Shown: positions 50,860-61,705 of the stretch, piece after piece
How positions within the stretch are numbered: the stretch's first letter is position 1
Layout of the letters: every line of letters starts with the position of its first letter
Origin: Thiomicrospira sp.
GTDB lineage: Bacteria; Pseudomonadota; Gammaproteobacteria; Thiomicrospirales; Thiomicrospiraceae
Length of the DNA: 64,000 nt
NCBI GenBank assembly: GCA_034005865.1
Contig: JAVETW010000004.1
Location: forward strand, 669 to 64,668
Reading direction: 5' to 3'
Notes under the pieces: generated by a model
Told to the model about the DNA's origin: nothing
The model's input: only the letters and a program-made list of their open reading frames with translations
The model's database searches: none
Position numbers and translations under genes: made by a program

Positions 50860-52077
50860 ATGTTGGATCATGCGGCGCTGCGTGCGCAATTCCCGATTTT
50901 ACAGCTCACTGAAAACGGCCACCCCTTGGTTTATTTGGATAATGCCTCTACGTCGCAAAAACCCCAGTGTGTCATTGAGGCGGTAGCGCGTTATTATGCG
51001 CAACAAAACGCGAATGTGCATCGCGGCGTATATGGCCTTAGCGAGCGCGGTACGCAAGCGTTTGAAGCGGTGCGCGATCAGATTAAAGAGTTGCTGAATG
51101 CCGCGCAGCGTGAGGAAATTATTTTTGTGCGCGGGGCAACCGAGGGTATTAATCTCATCGCCCAAAGTTGGGGGTGTGCGAATTTGCAGGCTGGCGATGA
51201 AGTGATTGTGTCGGAAATGGAGCATCATTCTAATCTTGTGCCTTGGCAGATGCTGCGCGATATCTTGGGTATTAAGCTGGTGAAATGGCCAATTAATGCG
51301 CAAGGCGAAGTGGCGTTAAGCACATTAGCAGGCCTGCTAAATGCGCGAACCAAACTGGTTTGCGTGACGCAAATGTCGAATGCACTAGGGACGATTAACC
51401 CGATTGCTGAGATTGTGGAGTTGGCGCATCAGTATGGGGCGAAGGTACTGGTCGATGGCGCGCAGTCGGTGTCGCATATGGCGGTGGATGTGCAAGCATT
51501 GGATGTGGATTTTTTGGTGTTTTCCGGTCATAAAATGTATGCACCGACCGGTATTGGCTGTGTGTATGGAAAGCGCGCGCTGCTGGAGATGATGCCGCCT
51601 TATCAGGGCGGAGGCGATATGATTTATAAGGTGAGTTTTGAGCACACTGAATACAATCAGCTTCCTTATAAGTTTGAGGCCGGTACGCCAAATATTGCTG
51701 GCGTGATAGGGTTGGGCGAGGCGATACGGTTTATCACATCAGTCGGTTTTGAACGTATCGCTAATATTGAACAGGATTTATTGAATTATGCGACCGAGCA
51801 GCTTGGTCAAATTGACGGTTTGCGTATTATTGGTACAGCGGCACACAAAGGCGCCGTGGTGTCGTTTGTAATCGACGGGGCGCATCCGCATGATCTAGCA
51901 ACGCTGTTGGACCAAGATGGTGTGGCGGTTCGTGCCAGTCATCATTGCGCAATGCCGGTAATGCAGCGCTTTAATGTACCGGCCACGGTGCGTGCGTCGT
52001 TTGGGGTGTATAACACGCGTGAGGATATCGATCGACTGCTTGTTTCTGTGCAGGACGCGCTCGATATGTTACGCTAG
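50860..52077 (+). CDS. sufS: cysteine desulfurase SufS
   Basis: HHSNLVPWQ, SGHKMYAPTGIG (PLP lysine) and RASHHCAMP (active-site Cys). Confidence 0.9.
   Translation: MLDHAALRAQFPILQLTENGHPLVYLDNASTSQKPQCVIEAVARYYAQQNANVHRGVYGLSERGTQAFEAVRDQIKELLNAAQREEIIFVRGATEGINLIAQSWGCANLQAGDEVIVSEMEHHSNLVPWQMLRDILGIKLVKWPINAQGEVALSTLAGLLNARTKLVCVTQMSNALGTINPIAEIVELAHQYGAKVLVDGAQSVSHMAVDVQALDVDFLVFSGHKMYAPTGIGCVYGKRALLEMMPPYQGGGDMIYKVSFEHTEYNQLPYKFEAGTPNIAGVIGLGEAIRFITSVGFERIANIEQDLLNYATEQLGQIDGLRIIGTAAHKGAVVSFVIDGAHPHDLATLLDQDGVAVRASHHCAMPVMQRFNVPATVRASFGVYNTREDIDRLLVSVQDALDMLR
51325..51340. repeat. 16-bp perfect palindrome TTAGCAGGCCTGCTAA inside sufS
   Basis: Read directly from the sequence. It encodes LAGLL. 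Confidence 0.9.
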
Positions 52078-52111
52078 GGGCTTTTATTGTATTGATTGGA
52101 CAGGAGTCGTT

Positions 52112-52432
52112 ATGTCATCCACCCCGTTTGAATGGATTCGTCTTGAGCTGATGCCGTTGCCGGGCGCGACAGATTGGCCAAATTTAGTGTTGTGGTGGAA
52201 TCCGGAGGCGCGTGTGTTAGAAGGCGAGGGAAAGGAGGCGATTTTGCAGTTGGCGCTGGCGGCGAAAGATAAGGGCAGTTTGCAAAGCGGCAATGGTACA
52301 CACATTGAAATTACGGATCCGTTGCATCAGCCTTCTGAATTAGCCGCGGTTTTGGCGCAGTATTATTGGGTCATTCCTCAACCGGTGAGTGCGCCGGGCG
52401 ATAGTCACGAAACGCCGTCGTTATTGAACTAA
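52112..52432 (+). CDS. hypothetical protein (106 aa)
   Basis: RBS CAGGAG is followed 7 nt later by ATG 52112. It has no cysteine and I recognise no family. Confidence 0.45.
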   Translation: MSSTPFEWIRLELMPLPGATDWPNLVLWWNPEARVLEGEGKEAILQLALAAKDKGSLQSGNGTHIEITDPLHQPSELAAVLAQYYWVIPQPVSAPGDSHETPSLLN

Positions 52433-52451
52433 GAACGTGCTGGTCATAAAG

Positions 52452-52612
52452 GAGTTGATCATTTGCTCCAACGGATTGATAAGTCAAGTTTGAGTTAATT
52501 CTTTGCATTGGTTTTTTGTTCAGCTAAAACGATTGATACCAATAATGATCTGAAAAATTCATCGCTTAGTGCTTGGAGAAGGTCGTCTCTTTGTGGTTCA
52601 AAAAACGTCGCG
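52452..52612 (-). mobile_element. MITE-like element, copy 5 (left end truncated)
   Basis: The reverse complement reads TTTTTTGAACCACAAAGAGACG...CGTTTTAGCTGAAC...ACTTGACTTATCAATCCGTTGGAGCAAATGATCAAC. Confidence 0.5.
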
Positions 52613-52733
52613 CTTTAAGCTAAGCGGCCAGTGTCTATGACGCGGTTTCAAATTATGGCGTGATTTATCAGTGAATATCGACATCAGTGAATATTGACGC
52701 TTTAACCTTGATCGAGATGGCTTTAGTTGGGGT

Positions 52734-52851
52734 CTGTTGACAATTTGCTGTAACTGATTGATAGAAGTAAATGCCTTAAAGATCAATGGCTTAGTTTTTA
52801 TATTTTCGTTTTCTTCGTGAACGTTGTGGTTCAAAAATAACTTGTCAACAG
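52734..52851 (-). mobile_element. MITE-like element, copy 6 (short 118-bp variant)
   Basis: The reverse complement reads CTGTTGACAAGTTATTTTTGAACCACAACGTTCACGAAG...CAGTTACAGCAAATTGTCAACAG. This copy has the cleanest terminal inverted repeat. Confidence 0.65.
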
Positions 52852-53123
52852 ACGCTGGGCTGTTTGCTTTCGGCTGCTGGTGGTCGATTGGGCGGATAAG
52901 GTGGTCGATTATCCAGGCGGTCACTAACCTCAATTTTATATAGCGGATAGCAAAACGACTCCCGTTTTTGTCTTGTGTTTGTGCGTAGTCGTTTTGTTCT
53001 GGCAAGATTCTTGCATATACCTGTCTTGGCTTTTTGTTATCATACGCAGCCAATCTTATTAAACCGACTCTTTACGAGTCGATTCAAACTGTCTATACGC
53101 GCGACAGGTCGGTAGGGTGTTAA

Positions 53124-54518
53124 TTGAAAGAACAGGTCAAACAAATTCATTTTGTCGGTATTGGTGGGGTCGGCATGGCCGGAATCGCCGAAGTTTGCGT
53201 GAACCTTGGTTTTGAGGTCAGCGGCTCCGATGTCAAACGTAATCAAACGATTTTGCGACTGGAGTCGCTGGGTGCAAAGGTGCAAATCGGTCATGATCCG
53301 GCATTGTTGAAAACAGCGGATGTGGTGGTGGTATCGAGTGCCATTCGCGCCGATAATGCTGAGGTGCAATGGGCGAAAGCGCAACGTATTCCGGTGATTC
53401 CACGCGCCGAAATGTTGGCTGAGTTAATGCGAATGCGCTTTGGTATCGCGATTGCGGGTACGCACGGCAAAACCACGACAACCAGTTTAACGGCGGCGAT
53501 TTTGACTCAGGGCGGCTTGGACCCGACATTTGTTATCGGCGGCAAACTCAACCAAGTCGGCGCTAACGCACGTTTAGGTTCGGGACGTTATTTGGTGGCC
53601 GAAGCCGATGAGTCCGATGCCTCGTTTCTCCATCTCACGCCGATGATGTCTGTGGTCACCAATATTGATATGGATCACATGGAAACCTATCAAGGTGACT
53701 TTTCTAAGCTGATTCATACCTATGTCGAATTTATTAATCGGTTGCCGTTTTATGGATTGGCGGTGTTGTGTATGGACGATGCGAATATTCGTACATTGAT
53801 TCCTGATTTGGCCCGTAAAACCCGTACCTACGGTTTTCACGAGCAGGCGGACGTGCGTGCGCAGAATGTGGTGTTATCTGGGTTGCAAAGCCGTTTTAGC
53901 GTATGCTTAAAAGAGGGTGGGGGCTTTGATGTCACGCTCAATATTCCGGGGCGACACAATGTGCAAAATGCACTAGCGGCGATTGCGGTGGCCTTAACCT
54001 TAGGGGTGACAGTGGAGGCCATTAAGCAAGCGTTGTCGCAATTTGCCGGCGTAGGGCGACGTTTTGAGGTTTACCCGCAATGTTTGGTTGGCGGACATAG
54101 TGTGACCTTGGTCGATGATTATGGTCATCACCCGACAGAGTTACAGGCCACTTTGCACACCGCACGAGCCGCGTTTACGGGTAAGCGATTAGTGTTGATT
54201 TTTCAGCCTCATCGTTATAGCCGCACGCGTGATTTGTTTGATGATTTTGTACAAGTGATGATGCAGGCGGATCTTGTGGTGCTAACCCAAGTGTATGGTG
54301 CCGGTGAAACGCCAATTCCGGCGTTTGACTCCAAAGCGTTAATGCAGGCTATGCGTTTGCGCGGTGCACAAAACCTGTTGTTGGTTGAGGGGTTTGAACA
54401 GTTAAATCAGTTGGCCACGGATGTTTTTCAGCACGATGATGTGGTGCTGATGATGGGGGCGGGCGATATTGGCGCTTGGGTAAAAACTTGGCAAGAGCAA
54501 GGAATGGCAAAGGCATGA
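53124..54518 (+). CDS. murC: UDP-N-acetylmuramate--L-alanine ligase
   Basis: IHFVGIGGVGMAGIAE, GTHGKTTTTS. It has a TTG start at 53124. Confidence 0.9.
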   Translation: MKEQVKQIHFVGIGGVGMAGIAEVCVNLGFEVSGSDVKRNQTILRLESLGAKVQIGHDPALLKTADVVVVSSAIRADNAEVQWAKAQRIPVIPRAEMLAELMRMRFGIAIAGTHGKTTTTSLTAAILTQGGLDPTFVIGGKLNQVGANARLGSGRYLVAEADESDASFLHLTPMMSVVTNIDMDHMETYQGDFSKLIHTYVEFINRLPFYGLAVLCMDDANIRTLIPDLARKTRTYGFHEQADVRAQNVVLSGLQSRFSVCLKEGGGFDVTLNIPGRHNVQNALAAIAVALTLGVTVEAIKQALSQFAGVGRRFEVYPQCLVGGHSVTLVDDYGHHPTELQATLHTARAAFTGKRLVLIFQPHRYSRTRDLFDDFVQVMMQADLVVLTQVYGAGETPIPAFDSKALMQAMRLRGAQNLLLVEGFEQLNQLATDVFQHDDVVLMMGAGDIGAWVKTWQEQGMAKA

Positions 54519-55414
54519 ATTTTGGTAAGGTTGCGGTGTTGATGGGGGGCGTGGCCGCCGAGCGTGAAGTGTCGTTGCGTAGCGGACGAGCGGTGGAACA
54601 GGCGTTGCTTAACGCCGGCGTGGATGCGAAAGCGATTGATGTGACCGATTTGTCACAATTAGTCGAAGTGAGTCGTTTGTATGATCGCGCATTTATTGCA
54701 TTGCATGGTCGCTGGGGAGAAGACGGACAAGTACAGGCGATTTTACAATCGTTAAATATGCCGTTTACCGGTAGTGGCATGGCGGCTTCAGCCTTGGCGA
54801 TGGATAAGTTGCGCACCAAATGGCTTTGGCGCGGTGCGGGTTTGCCTACGCCTAATTTCAACGTGGTGAGCCGTTATCAACCCTTGTCGGTGCAGGACTT
54901 TGCGTTAGATTTTCCGCTGATGGTGAAGCCTTGTCACGAAGGTTCAAGCATCGGGATGCGTAAGGTTCATGATTGGGCTGCTTTAGAGGCGGCGGTGGCT
55001 TATGCACAAGAGTTTGACGATGAGGTGTTGATTGAGCAGTGGATTGAGGGGCGCGAGTTTACCGTTGGCTTTGTTGATGGACAGCTTTTGCCAACTATTG
55101 AGCTAAAAACCACCCATGAGTTTTATGATTATTCGGCGAAATATCAAGCTAACGATACGCAGTATCTGTGTCCGTGTGAGATTGATGCGGCTTTGCAAGC
55201 GCAACTAAATGATTTAACCCGCCGAGGTTTTGAGGTGCTCGGTGCGCGCGGCTGGGGTCGGATGGATTTTATGGTCGATGCTAATCAGCAGGCCTGGTTA
55301 ATTGAGTTGAATACGGTACCGGGTATGACTGATCATAGTTTGGTGCCAAAAGCGGCGAGGGTGGCAGGTATGTCGTTTGAGCAGTTGGTTGTGCGTATTT
55401 TAAGCGCAACATGA
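54515..55414 (+). CDS. ddl: D-alanine--D-alanine ligase
   Basis: KVAVLMGG.AAEREVSL.SG, HGR.GEDG, ELNT.PGMT. It has an ATGA overlap with murC. Confidence 0.9.
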   Translation: MNFGKVAVLMGGVAAEREVSLRSGRAVEQALLNAGVDAKAIDVTDLSQLVEVSRLYDRAFIALHGRWGEDGQVQAILQSLNMPFTGSGMAASALAMDKLRTKWLWRGAGLPTPNFNVVSRYQPLSVQDFALDFPLMVKPCHEGSSIGMRKVHDWAALEAAVAYAQEFDDEVLIEQWIEGREFTVGFVDGQLLPTIELKTTHEFYDYSAKYQANDTQYLCPCEIDAALQAQLNDLTRRGFEVLGARGWGRMDFMVDANQQAWLIELNTVPGMTDHSLVPKAARVAGMSFEQLVVRILSAT

Positions 55415-56121
55415 GTCGGTCTAAAATGCGTGCGAAATTAGGTTGGTCAGGGTTGGTTTTGCTCGTGCTGGTGCTGGCCGTGTTGGCTTACCAGACTTGG
55501 CAGGCACGTGCGGTGAATTATTTATCCTATACCTTGGTTAATTCGTTGCAATATGTGACTTTGGATGAGGTTGACGAGGCGTTAACGCCTTATTTGAGTC
55601 AGTCGTTTTGGCAGGTGGATTTGAATGCGTTGAAGCAGAGGCTAGAGTCGTTGACTTGGGTGAGTCAGGCGCGCGTAAAACGCAGTTGGCCGGGGTATAT
55701 TGAACTTGAGTTGATTGAGCATCAGCCGGTGGCTAGATGGGGCAAGGATGCCTTAATTAGTGACCAAGGAGTGGTGTTTTATCCATCGGATATGAGTGAT
55801 TTTGAGACGTGGGTAGGGTTAGACGGTGATGTGTTACAGGCCTCGCAGGTTTTGGCATTATGGCGCGAGGTGGAGATCAGACTGCAGCCCTTAGCATGGC
55901 GGGTGAGTCGGTTGACCCAGCAGGTGGACGGGGTGATGCGTATCGAATTGGCTCAGGGCACAACGATTTTGCTCGATAGGCCGCAGTGGACAACTAAACT
56001 CGCACGTTTCGTCAAGGCTTATCCTCAAATTTCGAAAAAGCTGGTAGAATCTGCAAAGCGTTTTGATTTGAGATACAGCAACGGCTTGGCGATAGGCCGC
56101 GATTCCACACAACTTAATTGA
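55411..56121 (+). CDS. ftsQ: cell division protein FtsQ
   Basis: It has a single TM segment and a POTRA-like region, sits between ddl and ftsA, and has an ATGA overlap with ddl. Confidence 0.8.
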   Translation: MSRSKMRAKLGWSGLVLLVLVLAVLAYQTWQARAVNYLSYTLVNSLQYVTLDEVDEALTPYLSQSFWQVDLNALKQRLESLTWVSQARVKRSWPGYIELELIEHQPVARWGKDALISDQGVVFYPSDMSDFETWVGLDGDVLQASQVLALWREVEIRLQPLAWRVSRLTQQVDGVMRIELAQGTTILLDRPQWTTKLARFVKAYPQISKKLVESAKRFDLRYSNGLAIGRDSTQLN

Positions 56122-56145
56122 TGCAGATTTAAAGTAGAGAAGGGT

Positions 56146-57396
56146 ATGGCGCGAAAAAAACAGGCTTCCAATATAGTGGTTGGGTTAGATATCGGTACCT
56201 CAAAAATTGCGGCCATTGTCGGTAATATTAAACCCAGTGGCGAAATTGAAATTATCGGTATGGGAACGCATCCTTCTAAGGGCTTGAAAAAAGGTGTGGT
56301 AGTGAATATTGATTCGACGGTCGAGTCGATTCAGCGTGCGATTGATGAGGCTGAGCGCATGTCCGGTCATCAAGCTCAAGCGGTGTATGTCGGCATTGCC
56401 GGTAGCCATATTAAAAGCTTTAACTCCAACGGCATGGTCGCGATTCGTAATCAAGAGGTCACCGAGGAAGATATTCAGCGCGTGATTGATGCCGCGCGAA
56501 CACAAGCGATTCCCGGGGATCAGAAAGTGCTGCATATTCTGCCGCAAGAATACATGATTGATAATCAAGATGGCATTCGTGAACCGGTAGGAATGTCCGG
56601 TGTGCGCTTGGAAGCTAAGGTGCATATGGTGACCGGTTCGGTGAGCGCGGCGTTAAATATCACAAAGTGTGTGCAGCGCTGCGGTTTGAAAGTAGAGGAT
56701 ATTATTTTAGAACAGTTGGCATCCAGCGAAGCGGTATTGTCCGAGGATGAAAAAGAGTTAGGTGTGTGCTTGGTCGATATTGGCGGAGGCACTACCGATA
56801 TTGCGGTGTTCTATCAAGGCGCGATTCGCCATACTTCGGTGATCGCCGTCGCCGGTGATCAGGTTACTAACGATATTGCCGTCGCGTTGCGTACTCCCAC
56901 CCCGGCGGCGGAAGAGATTAAACGCAAATATGCCTGTGCGTTACCGCAGCTGATTGCGGTGGATGAGGAAATCGAAGTGCCGAGTGTTGGTGATCGTCCC
57001 GCACGTTGTTTGTCGCGGCGTACCTTGGTTGAGGTGATTGAGCCGCGATATGAAGAGTTATTTCAGCTGATTCAGGCGGAGTTACGCCGTTCCGGTTTTG
57101 AAGACATTATTGCTGCGGGCATTGTGTTGACCGGGGGAAGTGCTTTAGTAGAAGGAGCGGTCGAGTTGGCGGAAGAGGTATTTAATATGCCAGTTCGCTT
57201 GGGTACGCCTCAGGGGGTGAACGGCTTGAAGGATGAGGTAAACAGCCCGTGTTATGCTACCACCGTTGGATTGTTGATGTACGCGCGCGAGCATGGCCAA
57301 GTCAGTTTTGAGTCGAATCAGGCGCAACCAACCTCTTTTGCTGAGGAGGGGGCGTTGATTACGCGAATGAAAAATTGGTTTGCGCGCAGTTTTTAA
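56146..57396 (+). CDS. ftsA: cell division protein FtsA
   Basis: VVGLDIGTSKI.AIVG, VDIGGGTTDIAV, and a C-terminal amphipathic helix MKNWFARSF. Confidence 0.95.
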   Translation: MARKKQASNIVVGLDIGTSKIAAIVGNIKPSGEIEIIGMGTHPSKGLKKGVVVNIDSTVESIQRAIDEAERMSGHQAQAVYVGIAGSHIKSFNSNGMVAIRNQEVTEEDIQRVIDAARTQAIPGDQKVLHILPQEYMIDNQDGIREPVGMSGVRLEAKVHMVTGSVSAALNITKCVQRCGLKVEDIILEQLASSEAVLSEDEKELGVCLVDIGGGTTDIAVFYQGAIRHTSVIAVAGDQVTNDIAVALRTPTPAAEEIKRKYACALPQLIAVDEEIEVPSVGDRPARCLSRRTLVEVIEPRYEELFQLIQAELRRSGFEDIIAAGIVLTGGSALVEGAVELAEEVFNMPVRLGTPQGVNGLKDEVNSPCYATTVGLLMYAREHGQVSFESNQAQPTSFAEEGALITRMKNWFARSF

Positions 57397-57441
57397 TGCG
57401 CCTAGAGCGCGACAAAGTGTTTTAAATTTAAGAGAGTTAGT

Positions 57442-58353
57442 GTGAAGCAAAGAACCCTTGCCAACCCCATTAAAGCGAAAGGCGTTGGCTTACATACCGG
57501 TCATGAAGCCTTAATGACCTTGCGTCCTGCCCCGGTGAATACCGGTATTGTATTTCGTCGTATAGATGTCGAACCCTATGTATGTTTTCCGGTAAGCCCG
57601 GAAATTGTCGGTGAAACCACTTTGTGTACTACGATTGTGAGTGAAGGTAAAAAAATCGCGACCATTGAGCATTTAATGTCGGCGTTGGCCGGGGTGGGCA
57701 TGGATAATCTGTATATTGATATTAATGCCGATGAAGTGCCGATTATGGACGGCAGTGCTTCGCATTTTATCTTTTTATTACAAGCCGCCGGTATTGCTTT
57801 TCAAGATGCGCCTAAGCGTTTTATTCGGATTAAAAAACCAATACGTGTGGAAAATACCTTGGGTGGCTGGGCGGAGTTTAAACCTTATTCCGGTTATCGG
57901 TTAAATTTCTCCATTCGTTTTGATCATCCGGCATTTAAACAAACCGCCGAAAAAATGACCCTTGACTTTTCTTCGACCTCGTATTTTAAAGAAGTCAGTC
58001 GTGCGCGTACTTTTGGCTTTATGCGCGATATGGAAATGCTGCGTTCGCAACGTCTTGCCTTGGGAGCGAGTTTAGATAACGCCATTGGTTTGGATGAAAC
58101 CGGGGTCATGAACAAGGGCGGCTTACGTAATAAAGATGAGTTTGTTCGCCATAAAATTTTGGACGCAGTTGGTGATTTATTTATGGCCGGCCATGCCATT
58201 ATTGGTGAATTTAGTGCGCATAAGTCGGGTCATGCGTTAAATAATCAGTTGTTACGCTCGTTATTTCAAACTCCGGATGCGTTTGAATTGGTGGATGCGG
58301 ATCAGTTGGAGCAGATTCCTATCGACTTCAGCAGTAGTAAGGTTTTGTTTTAA
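57442..58353 (+). CDS. lpxC: UDP-3-O-acyl-N-acetylglucosamine deacetylase
   Basis: MKQRTL...GVGLHTG, TIEHLMSAL, HKILDA.GDL. It has a GTG start after AAGAGAG. Confidence 0.95.
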   Translation: MKQRTLANPIKAKGVGLHTGHEALMTLRPAPVNTGIVFRRIDVEPYVCFPVSPEIVGETTLCTTIVSEGKKIATIEHLMSALAGVGMDNLYIDINADEVPIMDGSASHFIFLLQAAGIAFQDAPKRFIRIKKPIRVENTLGGWAEFKPYSGYRLNFSIRFDHPAFKQTAEKMTLDFSSTSYFKEVSRARTFGFMRDMEMLRSQRLALGASLDNAIGLDETGVMNKGGLRNKDEFVRHKILDAVGDLFMAGHAIIGEFSAHKSGHALNNQLLRSLFQTPDAFELVDADQLEQIPIDFSSSKVLF

Positions 58354-58778
58354 TCCGTTGAATTTTCTGCGTGGCGGCTGAGTTTAATGAGCGCTTGCGC
58401 CAGTTTGTCGGACTTGACCTGCTGGCTTAGTGCTTGCATTGCTTGCGCAGCGGCTCGGCTCGGTGGCGCGATCGGACGCTTGTTGGTTGTTTCGTTGCTG
58501 ACGACAGGGCGAACGCGAAATTTGATTTGCGTTAAGTGCAGGTGCGGCAGTTGTTGACGAAACGTATGCAATAAAGGTTGTTCAAAATAGCGGAGTTTGC
58601 TGGCCCAGTGTGCATCGCTCGTTAAGCAAATTAAGCAGGCCTGCTCAATAGTGACAGCGGTTAAATAGGGTTTGAGTTGATCGGGCAGGGTGCTGTGTGC
58701 AAGCTCAAGTAACGCTTGGTATTGTTGTGCTTGTTGCACTAATTTCATTAAGCCCGGTTGTTGCAGTGGATGGAACAT
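58350..58778 (-). CDS. dciA: DUF721/DciA-like protein (putative replicative-helicase operator)
   Basis: It is 142 aa with the pattern LTAVTIEQACLICLTSDAHWASKLRYFEQPLL...IKFRVRP, typical of DUF721. It occupies the lpxC-secA interval, as I remember for pseudomonads. Confidence 0.5.
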   Translation of the reverse strand: MFHPLQQPGLMKLVQQAQQYQALLELAHSTLPDQLKPYLTAVTIEQACLICLTSDAHWASKLRYFEQPLLHTFRQQLPHLHLTQIKFRVRPVVSNETTNKRPIAPPSRAAAQAMQALSQQVKSDKLAQALIKLSRHAENSTD

Positions 58779-58918
58779 AGTCTCGCTGTGATGATAAAAA
58801 CAGGGTTAATCGGAGCGCAATAATAACACTTCGTTTGCGTGGGTGTAAGCGGTTTTCTTTTACCGTCCTAGGTTTAGTCGTCTAGGACGCTTTTAATTGA
58901 TTCGGATAATTAGGCATT

Positions 58919-61630
58919 ATGTTTTCAAGTATTTTTAAAAAGATTTTCGGTAGTCGTAACGAACGTTTGTTAAAGCAATATAAAAAGCGTGTCGCACAAA
59001 TTAACGCATTTGAGCCTGCGCTGGAGGCTTTGTCTGATGCACAACTGCGTGATAAAACGCAGGCCTTTAAACAGGCGCTGGCCGAAGGAAAAACACTTGA
59101 TGATCTATTGCCCGAAGCGTTTGCGGTAGTGCGTGAAGCCGGTAAGCGCGTATTTGGTATGCGTCATTATGATGTGCAAATGATCGGTGGTATGGCGTTG
59201 CATGACGGGCGCATTGCTGAAATGCGAACGGGTGAGGGTAAAACCCTTGTGGCAACCTTGCCGGCTTATCTGAACGCGCTCGCCGCCAATGGGGTTCACG
59301 TGATTACGGTGAATGATTATTTGGCAAAACGTGATGCCGAATGGATGGGGCGACTGTTTGAATTCTTAGGATTATCGACCGGGGTTATTTTGAGCGGTCA
59401 AAGTCATCAAGAAAAACAGTTGGCCTACGCGATGGATATTACCTACGGTACCAACAACGAATTCGGCTTTGATTATTTGCGCGACAACATGGCGATTTTT
59501 AAAGAAGAAAAGGTGATGCGTGGTCAGTTTTTTGCCATCGTTGACGAGGTGGATTCTATTTTGATCGATGAGGCGCGTACGCCGTTAATTATCTCCGGTC
59601 CGGCGGATAATAAAGCGGAAATTTATCATAAAATTAATCCGCTGATTGCTCGCTTGGAGAGGGGGGAAGAAGATCAGGTTGAAAAAACCACCACCGGCGA
59701 TTACACGGTGGATGAAAAAGCGCGCCAAGTGTATTTAACCGAAGAAGGTCATGAAAAAATTGAAGCGATGTTGGTTGAGGTCGGCCTGCTTAATGAAGGC
59801 GATAGTTTGTATGACGCGGTGAACATTGGCTTGATGATTCACGTTAATGCGGCTTTACGGGCGAATGTGTTGTTTGAGCGTAATAAAGATTATATCGTTG
59901 AGAACGGCGAAGTGGTGATTATCGACGAACACACCGGGCGTAAAATGGTCGGCCGTCGTTGGGGGGAGGGCCTACATCAAGCCGTAGAAGCAAAAGAAGG
60001 CGTGAATATTCAGCACGAAAGCCAAACCTTTGCCTCGATTACTTTCCAAAATTATTTCCGTCAATATCAAAAACTGTCCGGCATGACCGGTACCGCTGAT
60101 ACCGAAGCCGGTGAATTTTTATCGACCTACAAGTTAGAAGTGGTGGTGATTCCGCCGAATAAAACACCGTTACGTCAGGACTTAACCGACTTAGTGTTTT
60201 TGGATATCGAAAGCAAATTCAAAGCGATTGTTGAAGATGTTCAACAAACCCATGCCACAGGGCAACCGATTTTGGTTGGAACGGCGTCGATTGAGATGTC
60301 GGAATTGTTGTCGTCGTTGTTTACCCGCGCCAAAATTAAGCACGAGGTGCTTAATGCGAAACAGCATGAGCGTGAAGCGCATATTATTGCCAATGCAGGT
60401 ATGCCGGGGGCGGTGACCATTGCGACTAATATGGCCGGACGCGGAACGGATATTGTGTTGGGGGGGAATCTTGAAGCCGAAATCGATAGTCTTGGCGAGC
60501 ATTCCAGTGCCGAGCAAGTGGCAAAGGTGAAAGCCGATTGGCAAGTACGCCATGATCAAGTATTGGCGTTGGGTGGGTTGAAAGTGATCGGTTCAGAACG
60601 CCACGAGTCACGTCGTATCGACAATCAATTACGCGGGCGTTCCGGTCGTCAAGGTGATCCGGGGGTGACACGTTTTTACTTGTCGTTGGACGATGATTTA
60701 ATGCGTCGTTTTGCCTCGGATCGGGTGAAAAGTATGATGCGTCGTCTAGGTATGAAAGAGGGCGAGTCGATTGAACATCCGATGGTGAGTAAGTCGATTG
60801 AGCGTGCGCAGAAGCAGGTGGAGCGTTTACATCAAGACGAACGTGCGAATTTGTTGAAGTTTGACGATATTGCCAACGAGCAGCGTAAAGTGGTGTATCA
60901 ACAGCGTAATGAGTTAATGGAGAGCGAGGAAGTGCGCGAAACCATTCGTTTGATGCGTGATGACGTGGTGAATGAGGTTATCGACCAGTACATTATGCCG
61001 GGCAGTTTAGATGAGCAATGGCGAGTAGCAGAACTAGAAACCGCGTTGCATGAAGAGTTTGGTGTCACTGTGCCGGTACAGGCCTGGTTAGACGCGGATA
61101 AGGGCTTGTACGAGGAGCCGTTGCGCGCGAAAATTGTCGAGGCGGTTGAGCAAGTTTATAACGACAAAATGGCAGTGGTGGATGAGCGTACCCTGGGTCA
61201 TTTTGAAAAAGAAGTGTTGTTGCGTAATATCGATAAGCTCTGGCGCGAGCATTTGGCGGAAATGGATTATTTGCGTCGCGGTATTCATTTGCGTGGCTTT
61301 GCGCAGAAGGATCCTTTCCAAGAATACCGTCGTGAATCGGCATTATTGTTCCAAGTGTTTTTAACCGAAGTGAAACGTGAAACGATTAAAATGTTATCGT
61401 TAGTGCAGTTGCACAGTCAGCAGGATGTCGCTGATTTTGAGGCGCAACAACAAGCGGAAGCGGCGCAAAAACTCGATGCGATTCATCCTGATGCCGATGC
61501 TGATCGTGATGATGAAGCCAAGCAAGATAGCTCGACTTTCCGTCGTGATATGCCGAAAGTGGGGCGTAATGATCCGTGTCCTTGCGGTTCGGGTAAAAAA
61601 TACAAACAGTGTTGCGGTAAGTTAGATTAA
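58919..61630 (+). CDS. secA: preprotein translocase ATPase SecA
   Basis: It is 903 aa with [29 protein letters not shown] and a C-terminal zinc motif [14 protein letters not shown]. Confidence 0.97.
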   Translation: MFSSIFKKIFGSRNERLLKQYKKRVAQINAFEPALEALSDAQLRDKTQAFKQALAEGKTLDDLLPEAFAVVREAGKRVFGMRHYDVQMIGGMALHDGRIAEMRTGEGKTLVATLPAYLNALAANGVHVITVNDYLAKRDAEWMGRLFEFLGLSTGVILSGQSHQEKQLAYAMDITYGTNNEFGFDYLRDNMAIFKEEKVMRGQFFAIVDEVDSILIDEARTPLIISGPADNKAEIYHKINPLIARLERGEEDQVEKTTTGDYTVDEKARQVYLTEEGHEKIEAMLVEVGLLNEGDSLYDAVNIGLMIHVNAALRANVLFERNKDYIVENGEVVIIDEHTGRKMVGRRWGEGLHQAVEAKEGVNIQHESQTFASITFQNYFRQYQKLSGMTGTADTEAGEFLSTYKLEVVVIPPNKTPLRQDLTDLVFLDIESKFKAIVEDVQQTHATGQPILVGTASIEMSELLSSLFTRAKIKHEVLNAKQHEREAHIIANAGMPGAVTIATNMAGRGTDIVLGGNLEAEIDSLGEHSSAEQVAKVKADWQVRHDQVLALGGLKVIGSERHESRRIDNQLRGRSGRQGDPGVTRFYLSLDDDLMRRFASDRVKSMMRRLGMKEGESIEHPMVSKSIERAQKQVERLHQDERANLLKFDDIANEQRKVVYQQRNELMESEEVRETIRLMRDDVVNEVIDQYIMPGSLDEQWRVAELETALHEEFGVTVPVQAWLDADKGLYEEPLRAKIVEAVEQVYNDKMAVVDERTLGHFEKEVLLRNIDKLWREHLAEMDYLRRGIHLRGFAQKDPFQEYRRESALLFQVFLTEVKRETIKMLSLVQLHSQQDVADFEAQQQAEAAQKLDAIHPDADADRDDEAKQDSSTFRRDMPKVGRNDPCPCGSGKKYKQCCGKLD

Positions 61631-61705
61631 TTGATTAGACTTCTTGCAAAACTCAAGCACGGCGGCTTACCAAGTTGTGAAACGGGGAAAGAATGCATGA
61701 AAATT

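Noticed and set aside
52598-53384. ORFs 52598-53053 (-) and 53040-53384 (-) in the sufS-murC gap
   Set aside because: The first spans two MITE copies and has low-complexity content. The second is antisense to the well-supported murC 5' region. Neither has an RBS or a recognisable family.
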